This document shows positions 24,207-31,146 of a stretch of DNA of 32,000 nucleotides, piece by piece. Numbering within the stretch: the first letter of the stretch is position 1; the number at the start of each line of letters is the position of its first letter. The DNA comes from Geobacter sulfurreducens PCA (GTDB taxonomy: Bacteria; Desulfobacterota; Desulfuromonadia; Geobacterales; Geobacteraceae). The position numbers and the translations under genes are program-made. The notes under the pieces are model-generated. The model did not search any database, was not told the origin of the DNA, and worked only from the letters and a program-made list of their open reading frames with translations. The stretch lies in the NCBI RefSeq assembly GCF_000007985.2, contig NC_002939.5:3060001-3092000 (forward strand). The letters are read 5' to 3'.

Positions 24207-24287
24207 GTGTTCTTCCTTTCTTGAGCTCCGCCCGATTCGCGCGTGCGGGCAGCGCCGCGGCGAAGTCGGCAGGCATTTCGGCTCGAA

Positions 24288-27047
24288 TCAGTTATGGGCC
24301 AGCTTCTGGGCATCCCCCGCGTTGGCCTGGAACAGGTTGGCCGTTTCGAACAGCAGATTCATGGTTCCCCGGTATCCAACCCACATTTTCTGGTGGGCGC
24401 CGAGGCGGTCGAAAACCGGAAGCCCGGCCCGCAGATGGGCCTTGATGCCGAGTTTGGCCGCGGCCTGGCGGCCGTTGGAGTTGGCTACGATCAGGTCGCA
24501 CCCCTTGGCGGTCGTCTCCAGGTCTTCCAGGTCGCCCACGAAGACGTCCCCGGCCGGGAGGGCGTCCAGCCCCCGGACCCTGGTGGCGGCAATGGCCGCC
24601 CGGATCTCGCATCCCATGCCTGCCAGGAAATTCGTCAGAACCTTCAGGTTGTCGCCTTCCAGGGCAACGGTAACCTTCTTCAGCCCGAACTGGTAGTGGG
24701 AGTCGACCATGGCGTCCATGAGCCGGCTCCGCCAGCGGTTGAACTTCTCCGGGATCGGCCGGCCCGAAATGGCCGACAGGGTTTCCATGAAGCGGTCGAC
24801 CTCGGCCAGGCCCGTGAGGGAGGTGAAACCGTAGTTGGGCATGCCGCAGGTGGTGGTGAGCGCTTCTGCCGCCTTTGCCAGCGAGTCGCCGATGAAGATG
24901 GCGGCGGCGCTGCGGCCGGCCTGACGGATCCGCTCGGGGGAGACACCCCCGGTTGACAGGGGCGAAACCGTTTCGTCGATATGGCCGTCCAGGGCATTGG
25001 CGATGTCCGGCACAATGATGGGATCGAGCCCGAAGGCCTCGCAGATCTCCCGGACCTCCTCCACATCGGCGGGGGTCAGGTGGGCGCCGGGGAGAACCGT
25101 CACCTGGTCCGGGATGGATGCGCCGGGCTCCGGCACGCTCCGGACAATGGCCTCCACCGCCGCCGCGTATCCCTCCTGGAGCGAACCGCAGTAGTCGGGC
25201 GTGGACGCCCAAACCACGGGCACGTTGTCATGCTCCGGGTGCTCCTCCCGGAACTGGTGGATGGCGCTCCGGACGTCATCCCCCATGGTTTCCGTGAGAC
25301 CTGAGGTCATGACGCCGACCACCGTTGGCCTGAATTTCTCCATGACCCGCGCGAGCCCCGCCTTCAGGTTCTCCCAGCCGCCGAAGATGGCGGTGTCCTC
25401 GCTCATGGCGGTGGAGTTGAGGGCGATGGGCTCCTTGAAGTGGCGGGAGAGCTGGAGCCGGATGAAGGTGGAGCAGCCCTGGGCTCCGTGCAGGAGCGCC
25501 AGCATCTGGTCGATGCCCAGGTAAGCCAACGTTGCGCCCAGGGCAGGCGAATTCTTCTGGGGGTTCACCGTGGCCGGCTTGGTGGGGACCTTGACCCGTG
25601 AATCCTTCAGGTCCTCGTCCAGGTAGGCCCGGGCATGGCCGGCCGCCCTGGCCACGCTCGCAGCCAGTTCCTCATCGGACTTCTCCCAGGGGGACTTGGC
25701 GTTCAACACTGGCCAGATGGGGTTGTTTACCGTCAGGTCGAGCTGCTTCGCAAAGGTCACCATCCCCTCGTACCCCGCATAGGGATGGGAACGCCCATGG
25801 TTGATATCCAGGAACGGCGTCTTGGTTTTCAGGGCCAGGAACTTGGTCTTCCCGCCGGCAACGATCAGATCGGGCATCTTGTCATACATGACCTTGAGGA
25901 GCCCGGCGCTGGAAGTGTCCTCGATGATCCCGGCATCCTGGTGCATGAGGGCCTTCATCCGGTAGAAATCCTCCAGGGTCGAGTTCTGGGTGCCGGCGGC
26001 CAGGATCTCCACCCCCAGCTCCCGCAGGGCGTTCACCATGGACCAGGTCTTGACCCCGCCGGTGAAAAGAACCGAGCGCTTCCCTTCGAGCCGTGCCCGG
26101 TAGGGGGCAAGCCGCTCCCGGCATTGCGCCTCTTCCTCTTCCAGGAGCTTCTCCACCCGGTCCTGCATGATCCGCTTCTCCAGCCCGCCCACGGCGTCAT
26201 CCAGCTCCCGGGCGATGTCCCGCAGGGCCTTGGCCGTGTCGGTCATGCCGTAAAAGGACTCCTCCAGGTAGGGCATGCCGTAGTTCTTCTGCATCTTCCT
26301 GGCGAGGTTGGTGAGACTCTTGGAGCAGATGATGACGTTCAGCTTCGCCCGGTGGGCGTAGCGGAGATCCTCGAATTTGGCGTCACCGCTGAAACAGGAG
26401 AGAATCTGGATACCGAGCCGGTCGAACAGCGGCAGCATCCCCCAAAGGTCGCCGGCGATGTTGTATTCGCCGATCAGGTTGATGGGATACTCTCCCAGCA
26501 CCGGCGGCTCGGCGGTGCCGATGACGTGCTTCAGGAGCACCTCGCCGGCCAGGCGGTTGCCGATGTTCTTGTCGCCGATGAAGCCGGGAGTGTTGACCGG
26601 GATCAGGGGGATGGCGACCTTTTTCTGGGCCGCCTTGCAGACCGCCTCCACGTCGTCGCCGGTCATGGCGGTGACGCAGGTGGCATAGACGAACATGGCC
26701 TTTGCCTGGCCCGCATAGCGCTCCGCCAGCTCCAGGATGGCCCGGTAGAGCTTCTTCTCGCCGCCGAAGATCACGTCGTTTTCCAGCATCTCGGTGGTAA
26801 AGCCCCTGCGGTAGAGCTGGGAGCCCGAAGAGCGGGCACCCCGGTTATCCCAGGAGTTGCCGGCGCAGGCGATGGGGCCGTGCACCAGATGGATCACGTC
26901 GGTGACCGGCATGAGCACCACCCGGGCGCCGTCATAGGCACAGGAGCGCTCGGTGCCCTCCCCCGGTTCCGATTTCTTGCAGAATTTCGGGGCACCCTTT
27001 TCGTGGGTTTCGCAGTCGGTTGTGTCGTAATAATCGGGTCTTGCCAT
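24288..27047 (-). CDS. nifEN: fused NifE-NifN nitrogenase MoFe-cofactor scaffold protein, 919 aa
   Basis: The N-terminal half is NifE-like (CAYDGARVVLMPVTDVIHLVHGPIACAGNSWDNRG). The C-terminal half is NifN-like (NPQKNSPALGATLAYLGIDQMLALLHGAQGCSTFIR). It is a single uninterrupted frame. ATG 27047 has GAGG upstream; the track start at 27071 is TTG. Confidence 0.95.
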   Translation of the reverse strand: MARPDYYDTTDCETHEKGAPKFCKKSEPGEGTERSCAYDGARVVLMPVTDVIHLVHGPIACAGNSWDNRGARSSGSQLYRRGFTTEMLENDVIFGGEKKLYRAILELAERYAGQAKAMFVYATCVTAMTGDDVEAVCKAAQKKVAIPLIPVNTPGFIGDKNIGNRLAGEVLLKHVIGTAEPPVLGEYPINLIGEYNIAGDLWGMLPLFDRLGIQILSCFSGDAKFEDLRYAHRAKLNVIICSKSLTNLARKMQKNYGMPYLEESFYGMTDTAKALRDIARELDDAVGGLEKRIMQDRVEKLLEEEEAQCRERLAPYRARLEGKRSVLFTGGVKTWSMVNALRELGVEILAAGTQNSTLEDFYRMKALMHQDAGIIEDTSSAGLLKVMYDKMPDLIVAGGKTKFLALKTKTPFLDINHGRSHPYAGYEGMVTFAKQLDLTVNNPIWPVLNAKSPWEKSDEELAASVARAAGHARAYLDEDLKDSRVKVPTKPATVNPQKNSPALGATLAYLGIDQMLALLHGAQGCSTFIRLQLSRHFKEPIALNSTAMSEDTAIFGGWENLKAGLARVMEKFRPTVVGVMTSGLTETMGDDVRSAIHQFREEHPEHDNVPVVWASTPDYCGSLQEGYAAAVEAIVRSVPEPGASIPDQVTVLPGAHLTPADVEEVREICEAFGLDPIIVPDIANALDGHIDETVSPLSTGGVSPERIRQAGRSAAAIFIGDSLAKAAEALTTTCGMPNYGFTSLTGLAEVDRFMETLSAISGRPIPEKFNRWRSRLMDAMVDSHYQFGLKKVTVALEGDNLKVLTNFLAGMGCEIRAAIAATRVRGLDALPAGDVFVGDLEDLETTAKGCDLIVANSNGRQAAAKLGIKAHLRAGLPVFDRLGAHQKMWVGYRGTMNLLFETANLFQANAGDAQKLAHN

Positions 27048-27066
27048 GGTGACCTCGAATGTTTCC

Positions 27067-27105
27067 TGCAAAAGAAAACGCCGCCATTCCGGAGAATGGC
27101 GGCGT
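27067..27105 (-). terminator. strong intrinsic terminator (attenuator) in the nifEN leader
   Basis: The minus-strand RNA reads ACGCCGCCATTC-TCCG-GAATGGCGGCGT followed by TTTCTTTTGCA. The stem is 12 perfect bp. It ends about 20 nt before the nifEN ATG and lies downstream of the sigma-54 promoter at 27156..27171. Confidence 0.75.
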
Positions 27106-27155
27106 CGTTGCCGCGTCGGTCTCTGCCCTGCTCACTGATGGTTCAAACGCTCCTT

Positions 27156-27171
27156 TGCACCCCACGTGCCA
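27156..27171 (-). promoter_or_regulatory. sigma-54 promoter for nifEN (TTGGCACG-TGGG-GTGCA)
   Basis: The reverse complement of 27156..27171 is TGGCACGTGGGGTGCA. It matches TGGCACG-N4-TTGCA at all positions but one, with correct GG/GC spacing. Confidence 0.7.
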
Positions 27172-27262
27172 ATCGATAACGTGCTGTTTTCATGGGAAAT
27201 TGCAACCAGGATTGCTGCCGGACAACCAGCGTTGCGGGATGGATTTGCTCATTTTTTATGCA

Positions 27263-27823
27263 CTACCAGGTGCGGAAGCGCCCCGAATCCAGGTGGACAA
27301 AGCCCGAGTGCGGATAGTAGCCGACCCCGCCGCACCGGAAGCCCGCGGCCAGATCCCGCAGGACCGCCAGGCTGACCCCGGGCACGGCGATGTCGATGGC
27401 CTTCCCCTCCATGTGGAGGCTCTGCTTTGCCACCGCGCCGTTGTGTTCGCTGAGTATCCGGTTGTATTCGGGGGACCGGTAGCCGGAGATGATGCGGAAC
27501 TCCCTGCCGCCCCCCAGTACCTTGTCGACCATGTTCAGGTATTCGATCACCGCCAGGTCCATTTCGGTATGCTGGTTGGTGAAGTGGCAGCGGAGCAGCC
27601 AGTTGATGGAGTTGAGGGCATCCAGGTCCACCTCGCCGTCCGGAGTCCGGTAGGTCACCGACAGGTGCTCGCCCGTGTGAATGTTACGCAGGGAGAGCCT
27701 GCCGACAGGGTAGCTCTCTTCCAGAAATTCCGTGGCCAGGGCAGACCCTATGCCCCTGAGACAGAGCACCCCCAGCAGTGATGCCCTGAGAAATCCCCGC
27801 CTGCTGAAATAATGATCCGACAC
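27263..27823 (-). CDS. Tat-exported DUF882 / peptidase M15A (YcbK/MepK-like) protein, 186 aa
   Basis: GYRSPEYN...SLHMEGKAIDI...GGVGYYPHSGFVHLDSGRFRTW is the DUF882 signature. The proposed GTG start at 27823 has GGAGG 5 nt upstream. That start yields a twin-arginine signal, SRRGFLRASLLGVL. The track ATG at 27952 would add 43 non-signal residues. Confidence 0.8.
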   Translation of the reverse strand: MSDHYFSRRGFLRASLLGVLCLRGIGSALATEFLEESYPVGRLSLRNIHTGEHLSVTYRTPDGEVDLDALNSINWLLRCHFTNQHTEMDLAVIEYLNMVDKVLGGGREFRIISGYRSPEYNRILSEHNGAVAKQSLHMEGKAIDIAVPGVSLAVLRDLAAGFRCGGVGYYPHSGFVHLDSGRFRTW

Positions 27824-28052
27824 GCCATCCTCCACCGAAAACCAGTTGTCATGTGGTAGCAAAAAGGTGAGGGAGATGTCAATCTTGCGTCCCCGGGGCC
27901 GCTCTTTTTCAGTGAGTAGCACCACCCGGTCCGCATTATCCAGTAACACCAAATAGGTACTGATGCGTAATTTTGCATTGCCCTACTACTTTAATTTTTA
28001 TAGAATCACTCCACATAAAATAATCTCAATAAAGTCTTTCACAGGAGGATAT

Positions 28053-28622
28053 ATGCGCAGACATTCCAACAAAACGAATCCGGTTGCGGCGGGGATTCTG
28101 TTCATCACCCTGGCATGCTGGGCGGGAAACGCCATGGGGTGGGGCACTTCGGGTGACAGTAGGAGTACCTGGGGCGGTTCGGGGTCATCCCTGAATCTAA
28201 ACCTTGCGTTCACTGATTGCGCGAAATGCCATACCTCCACTAACAACGTCAACCGACACCACGACCTGATCACGAAAAAGGGTAAGCAGTGCCTCGCCTG
28301 CCACACCATGACGGCGGACAACTCGGGGCAATATACCGTTCAGGTCCAGCGGGACTGCCAGGCCTGTCACACATCCTCCGTCCACGACAACGTCCAGCAC
28401 AATGTCAGCACCTGTAGCCGTTGCCACGGCAGCGACGTCATCAACATCCACTCGGGGTGGCGTTCATACACCAGCACATTGTCGGTCTGCTACCTCTGTC
28501 ACACCAGCACCAATGCCAAGGTCAAGGCGACCATCGCGAAGGGTGTGAGCGGACAGACCGTTTACTGCACCGACTGCCACGGTAGCAACCCCCACAGTTG
28601 GGGAGGCACCTGGGGGCGCTGA
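28053..28622 (+). CDS. small secreted hexahaem c-type cytochrome, 189 aa
   Basis: RBS AGGAGG lies 4 nt before ATG 28053. The N-terminus is signal-like (AAGILFITLACWAGNAMG). Six CxxCH motifs: CAKCH, CLACH, CQACH, CSRCH, CYLCH and CTDCH. Confidence 0.85.
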   Translation: MRRHSNKTNPVAAGILFITLACWAGNAMGWGTSGDSRSTWGGSGSSLNLNLAFTDCAKCHTSTNNVNRHHDLITKKGKQCLACHTMTADNSGQYTVQVQRDCQACHTSSVHDNVQHNVSTCSRCHGSDVINIHSGWRSYTSTLSVCYLCHTSTNAKVKATIAKGVSGQTVYCTDCHGSNPHSWGGTWGR

Positions 28623-28783
28623 CCGGGACTGATAAGGACGAGGAATCATGCGAAGGGCCGGGGCAGCACATGTTCCGGCTCTTCGTGCGTGCAGCCCGGC
28701 ATAAAGAACCATGTTCATGTCTTGCGAACGGAACAACGCATAAACCTGGGAAATGCCATTTTTGGAAAAAATTCACCCAAGGC

Positions 28784-28812
28784 TTGACTCACCCCCAGTT
28801 GTTAGGTATTTT
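28784..28812 (+). promoter_or_regulatory. candidate sigma-70 promoter of the Fur-family gene (TTGACT-N17-TATTTT)
   Basis: Hexamers read directly: TTGACT at 28784..28789 and TATTTT at 28807..28812. The -10 overlaps an AT-rich operator-like motif. Confidence 0.5.
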
Positions 28813-28831
28813 TCTTACATGGAATCATTAG
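28802..28831 (+). promoter_or_regulatory. operator-like AT-rich site A (contains TTCTTAC core), possible Fur-family autoregulatory box
   Basis: The sequence ttaggtattTTTCTTACatggaatcattag shares an identical 7-mer and flanking AT-rich positions with site B at 29333..29362. Confidence 0.35.
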
Positions 28832-28855
28832 TCAACAAGCGGACGGTCATGTGCC

Positions 28856-29314
28856 ATGCCGAAATCAAACATACTTACCACAGGACAAGAGGACGCCTTT
28901 GAAAAGGCATGCAGAGATGCCGGGTTGCGGCTCACCCATCAGCGCCTGGAGATCTACCGTCAACTGGCCACCTCTACTGACCATCCGTCGGCGGAGACGC
29001 TCCATCAACGGTTGCGCCGGGACAACCCCACCCTCTCCCTTGATACGGTCTACCGGACCCTGGCGGTCTTCGCGCACCACGGTATAATCAATAAAGTCGA
29101 GACGGTCGAAAGCCAGTCGCGATTCGAGGCGAAACGCATGCGGCATCACCACCTGATCTGCAGCAGATGCAAGGAAATAATCGATTTCCAGTGGCACCAC
29201 ATCGACGAGGCCCCCCTGCCCGAAGAGACCAGAACCTGGGGGCGGATCGACAACAAGAACGTCGTGATATACGGCGTGTGCAACAAGTGCCTTGAGGCGA
29301 AAAAGGCATCGTAA
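28856..29314 (+). CDS. Fur-family metalloregulator (Fur/PerR/Zur type), 152 aa
   Basis: wHTH region RLTHQRLEIYRQLATSTDHPSAETLHQRL. Metal-site motifs RMRHHHLICSRCKEIIDF and CNKC. Confidence 0.9.
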   Translation: MPKSNILTTGQEDAFEKACRDAGLRLTHQRLEIYRQLATSTDHPSAETLHQRLRRDNPTLSLDTVYRTLAVFAHHGIINKVETVESQSRFEAKRMRHHHLICSRCKEIIDFQWHHIDEAPLPEETRTWGRIDNKNVVIYGVCNKCLEAKKAS

Positions 29315-29332
29315 CTTTTTTGTGCCCAGCCA

Positions 29333-29362
29333 CTAGTAATTATTCTTACCTGATAATTATTA
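29333..29362 (+). promoter_or_regulatory. operator-like AT-rich site B (TTCTTAC core, GATAATTATTA), upstream of the small ORF and the MauG-like gene
   Basis: The sequence ctagtaattaTTCTTACctgataattatta resembles Fur-box half sites (GATAAT / ATTATC type). It is similar to site A. Confidence 0.35.
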
Positions 29363-29477
29363 CAGCCAGGCTTCCACCTCCCTTCCATGCCCATAAACCG
29401 ACTGATTGCGAGGCTGCCGCGTCCGGCAGCGACGCGACCCGGACGGTTGCGCATTCCATTCGTAAAGGAGATGACCA

Positions 29478-29600
29478 ATGGAGAGGAAACGTCTCACAAC
29501 CAATTCCGTCGCCCCCCTCTGCCTCAAGGCCGACCAGGCCTACGGCACAGAGGTGGTCGACACCCAGGCTATCCCGCTGAACGATGTGACTGCCGACTGA
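29478..29600 (+). CDS. candidate unlisted small ORF, 40 aa (MERKRLTTNSVAPLCLKADQAYGTEVVDTQAIPLNDVTAD)
   Basis: RBS AAAGGAG ends 7 nt before the ATG. An in-frame stop lies two codons upstream of the ATG. By hand count, 31 of 39 third positions are G/C, against a clearly lower fraction in the overlapping 108-aa track ORF. No signal peptide is present. Confidence 0.4.
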   Translation: MERKRLTTNSVAPLCLKADQAYGTEVVDTQAIPLNDVTAD

Positions 29601-29709
29601 CAACGGGGAAATTTCCGATCAGCGCCGGGCAGGGCAGACTTCCGGCCTCCCGCCCGGCGATTCCATGGCAAGTCGATCCATTGGCGCAACAGAACACAAG
29701 GAGGAACTC

Positions 29710-31113
29710 ATGAAAAAAAGGACGTTGATGCTCACGAGGCTTCTGGCGGGAGGGTGTCTCGGGGTGCTGGCCGGGGTAGCCATGGTTCAGGCACAGGCGG
29801 AAAAGAGTGTGACCAGCTATGCTCCGGTGGCGGTAACGGAAAGTATCTCCTCGGTCATCTCCCGGATGAAAGCCGCGAAACCGGAGATCATGAAGCGGCA
29901 GCAGAATCTGCTGGCAGAGCGCTACGATCTCGGCAACCACCCGGCCAAGGGCATCACCATGGCCAACGGCAAGGCAGTGCAAGAAGGTGTCCGCGTCAAG
30001 CTACCCAAGGGAATGACCTGGGAGAAGCTGGCCCGGATGAGCCCCGAGGAAATCCGGGACAAGAATTTGTACCCGGCAGGATTTTTCCCCCTCCCCCACC
30101 CCAATCATCCGGAGGGGGGAATGCTGTTTCCCAAGTTCCATATCGATGAGATCAAAAAGCAGGAGGCGCGGGATCTGACCCGGTTCGACCTGGACTTTGA
30201 CCTGCCCGATCATTTCCTGCCCGAATTCCCGGCACCGATCTACCTGACGACCCGCCCCGACCTGGGCGATGTGTCGAAAGGGAAACTGGTCACGATCAAC
30301 AACTACTATGAGCTGTTCAACGGCATCCTGAACCCCAAGCAGCTGGAAGGGCTGAGACTGCTGGTGACGCCCTTCCCGCAGCAGCAATTCAACCAGACCG
30401 AGGATCGGCGCTCGGAGCAGCCGAGCCGGGGCGTCACCTGCTTTGACTGCCACGCCAACGGGCACAGCAACTCCACAACCCACCTGGTCGGCGATATCAG
30501 GCCCCAGGAATTCCGGCATCGCCTTGACACCCCGACCCTCAGGGGGGTGAATATCCAGCGGCTGTTCGGTTCGCAGCGGGCGCTGAAGAGCGTTGAAGAC
30601 TTCACCGAGTTCGAGCAGCGGGCCGCCTATTTCGACGGTGACCCGGTCATTGCCACCAAAAAAGGGATCAATATCCTCGACCGGGGCCACCAGGTCCACG
30701 CTATGGCGGAATTCATGGCCCTCTTGGACTTCCCGCCGGCCCCCAAGCTGGGCATAGACGGCAAACTGGATCCGAGAAAGGCCACCGAGTCGGAGATGCG
30801 CGGACAGGAGCTGTTCTTCGGCAAGGCCAAATGCGGGGTTTGCCATCCCGCCCCGTACTATACGGACAACACCATGCACAACCTTCGCGCGGAGCGTTTC
30901 TTCAAGCCCCAGATGATCAACGGCAGAATGGCTTCGGCCGATGGCCCCATCAAGACCTTCCCGCTGCGCGGCATCAAAGATTCGCCCCCCTACCTGCACG
31001 ACGGCCGTCTGCTGACCCTGGAAGATACCGTGGAGTTTTTCAATCTGCTCACCGAAACCACCCTGACCGAGCAGGAAAAGCTTGACCTGGTCGCCTTCAT
31101 GCGCCAGCTGTGA
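29710..31113 (+). CDS. di-haem cytochrome c peroxidase / MauG-superfamily protein with a long N-terminal extension, 467 aa
   Basis: RBS AAGGAGG. Signal peptide MKKRTLMLTRLLAGGCLGVLAGVAMVQAQA. Two haem motifs, CFDCHANGH and CGVCHPAP. The family C-terminal block is PLRGIKDSPPYLHDGRLLTLEDTVEFF. The first haem motif lies about 240 residues into the protein. Confidence 0.85.
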   Translation: MKKRTLMLTRLLAGGCLGVLAGVAMVQAQAEKSVTSYAPVAVTESISSVISRMKAAKPEIMKRQQNLLAERYDLGNHPAKGITMANGKAVQEGVRVKLPKGMTWEKLARMSPEEIRDKNLYPAGFFPLPHPNHPEGGMLFPKFHIDEIKKQEARDLTRFDLDFDLPDHFLPEFPAPIYLTTRPDLGDVSKGKLVTINNYYELFNGILNPKQLEGLRLLVTPFPQQQFNQTEDRRSEQPSRGVTCFDCHANGHSNSTTHLVGDIRPQEFRHRLDTPTLRGVNIQRLFGSQRALKSVEDFTEFEQRAAYFDGDPVIATKKGINILDRGHQVHAMAEFMALLDFPPAPKLGIDGKLDPRKATESEMRGQELFFGKAKCGVCHPAPYYTDNTMHNLRAERFFKPQMINGRMASADGPIKTFPLRGIKDSPPYLHDGRLLTLEDTVEFFNLLTETTLTEQEKLDLVAFMRQL

Positions 31114-31146
31114 GAATCGTCAGAGACAGGCAGGGGAAATACTTCA

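Noticed and set aside
27116-27145. Search for the first (upstream) hexaloop hairpin of a canonical dual-hairpin ANTAR motif in the nifEN leader
   Set aside because: I checked every 6-nt loop window by hand. No stem longer than 2 bp with an A..G.. loop was found, so only the terminator-overlapping hairpin is reported.
24243-27179. 237-aa and 514-aa plus-strand ORFs and a 306-aa alternative minus frame across nifEN
   Set aside because: Shadow ORFs of the 919-aa NifEN frame with no motifs. They are typical GC-rich antisense openness.
28598-28831. 77-aa plus-strand ORF between the hexahaem cytochrome and the Fur-family gene; also an 18-aa ORF at 28647 with GAGG upstream
   Set aside because: The 77-aa ORF overlaps the cytochrome stop, spans the predicted promoter of the regulator and has no RBS. 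The 18-aa ORF is too short and overlaps a 10-bp hairpin (28652..28684) that is more simply a 3' stem for the cytochrome transcript.
29387-29713. 108-aa plus-strand track ORF in the fur-to-MauG-like intergenic region
   Set aside because: Arg/Pro/Gly-rich, with low third-position G/C by hand count and no RBS. It runs into the start of the next gene. The overlapping 40-aa frame (29478..29600) looks more coding-like.
30001-30999. 332-aa minus-strand ORF opposite the MauG-like gene
   Set aside because: Antisense shadow. The plus frame carries a signal peptide, two CxxCH motifs and the CCP family C-terminal block.
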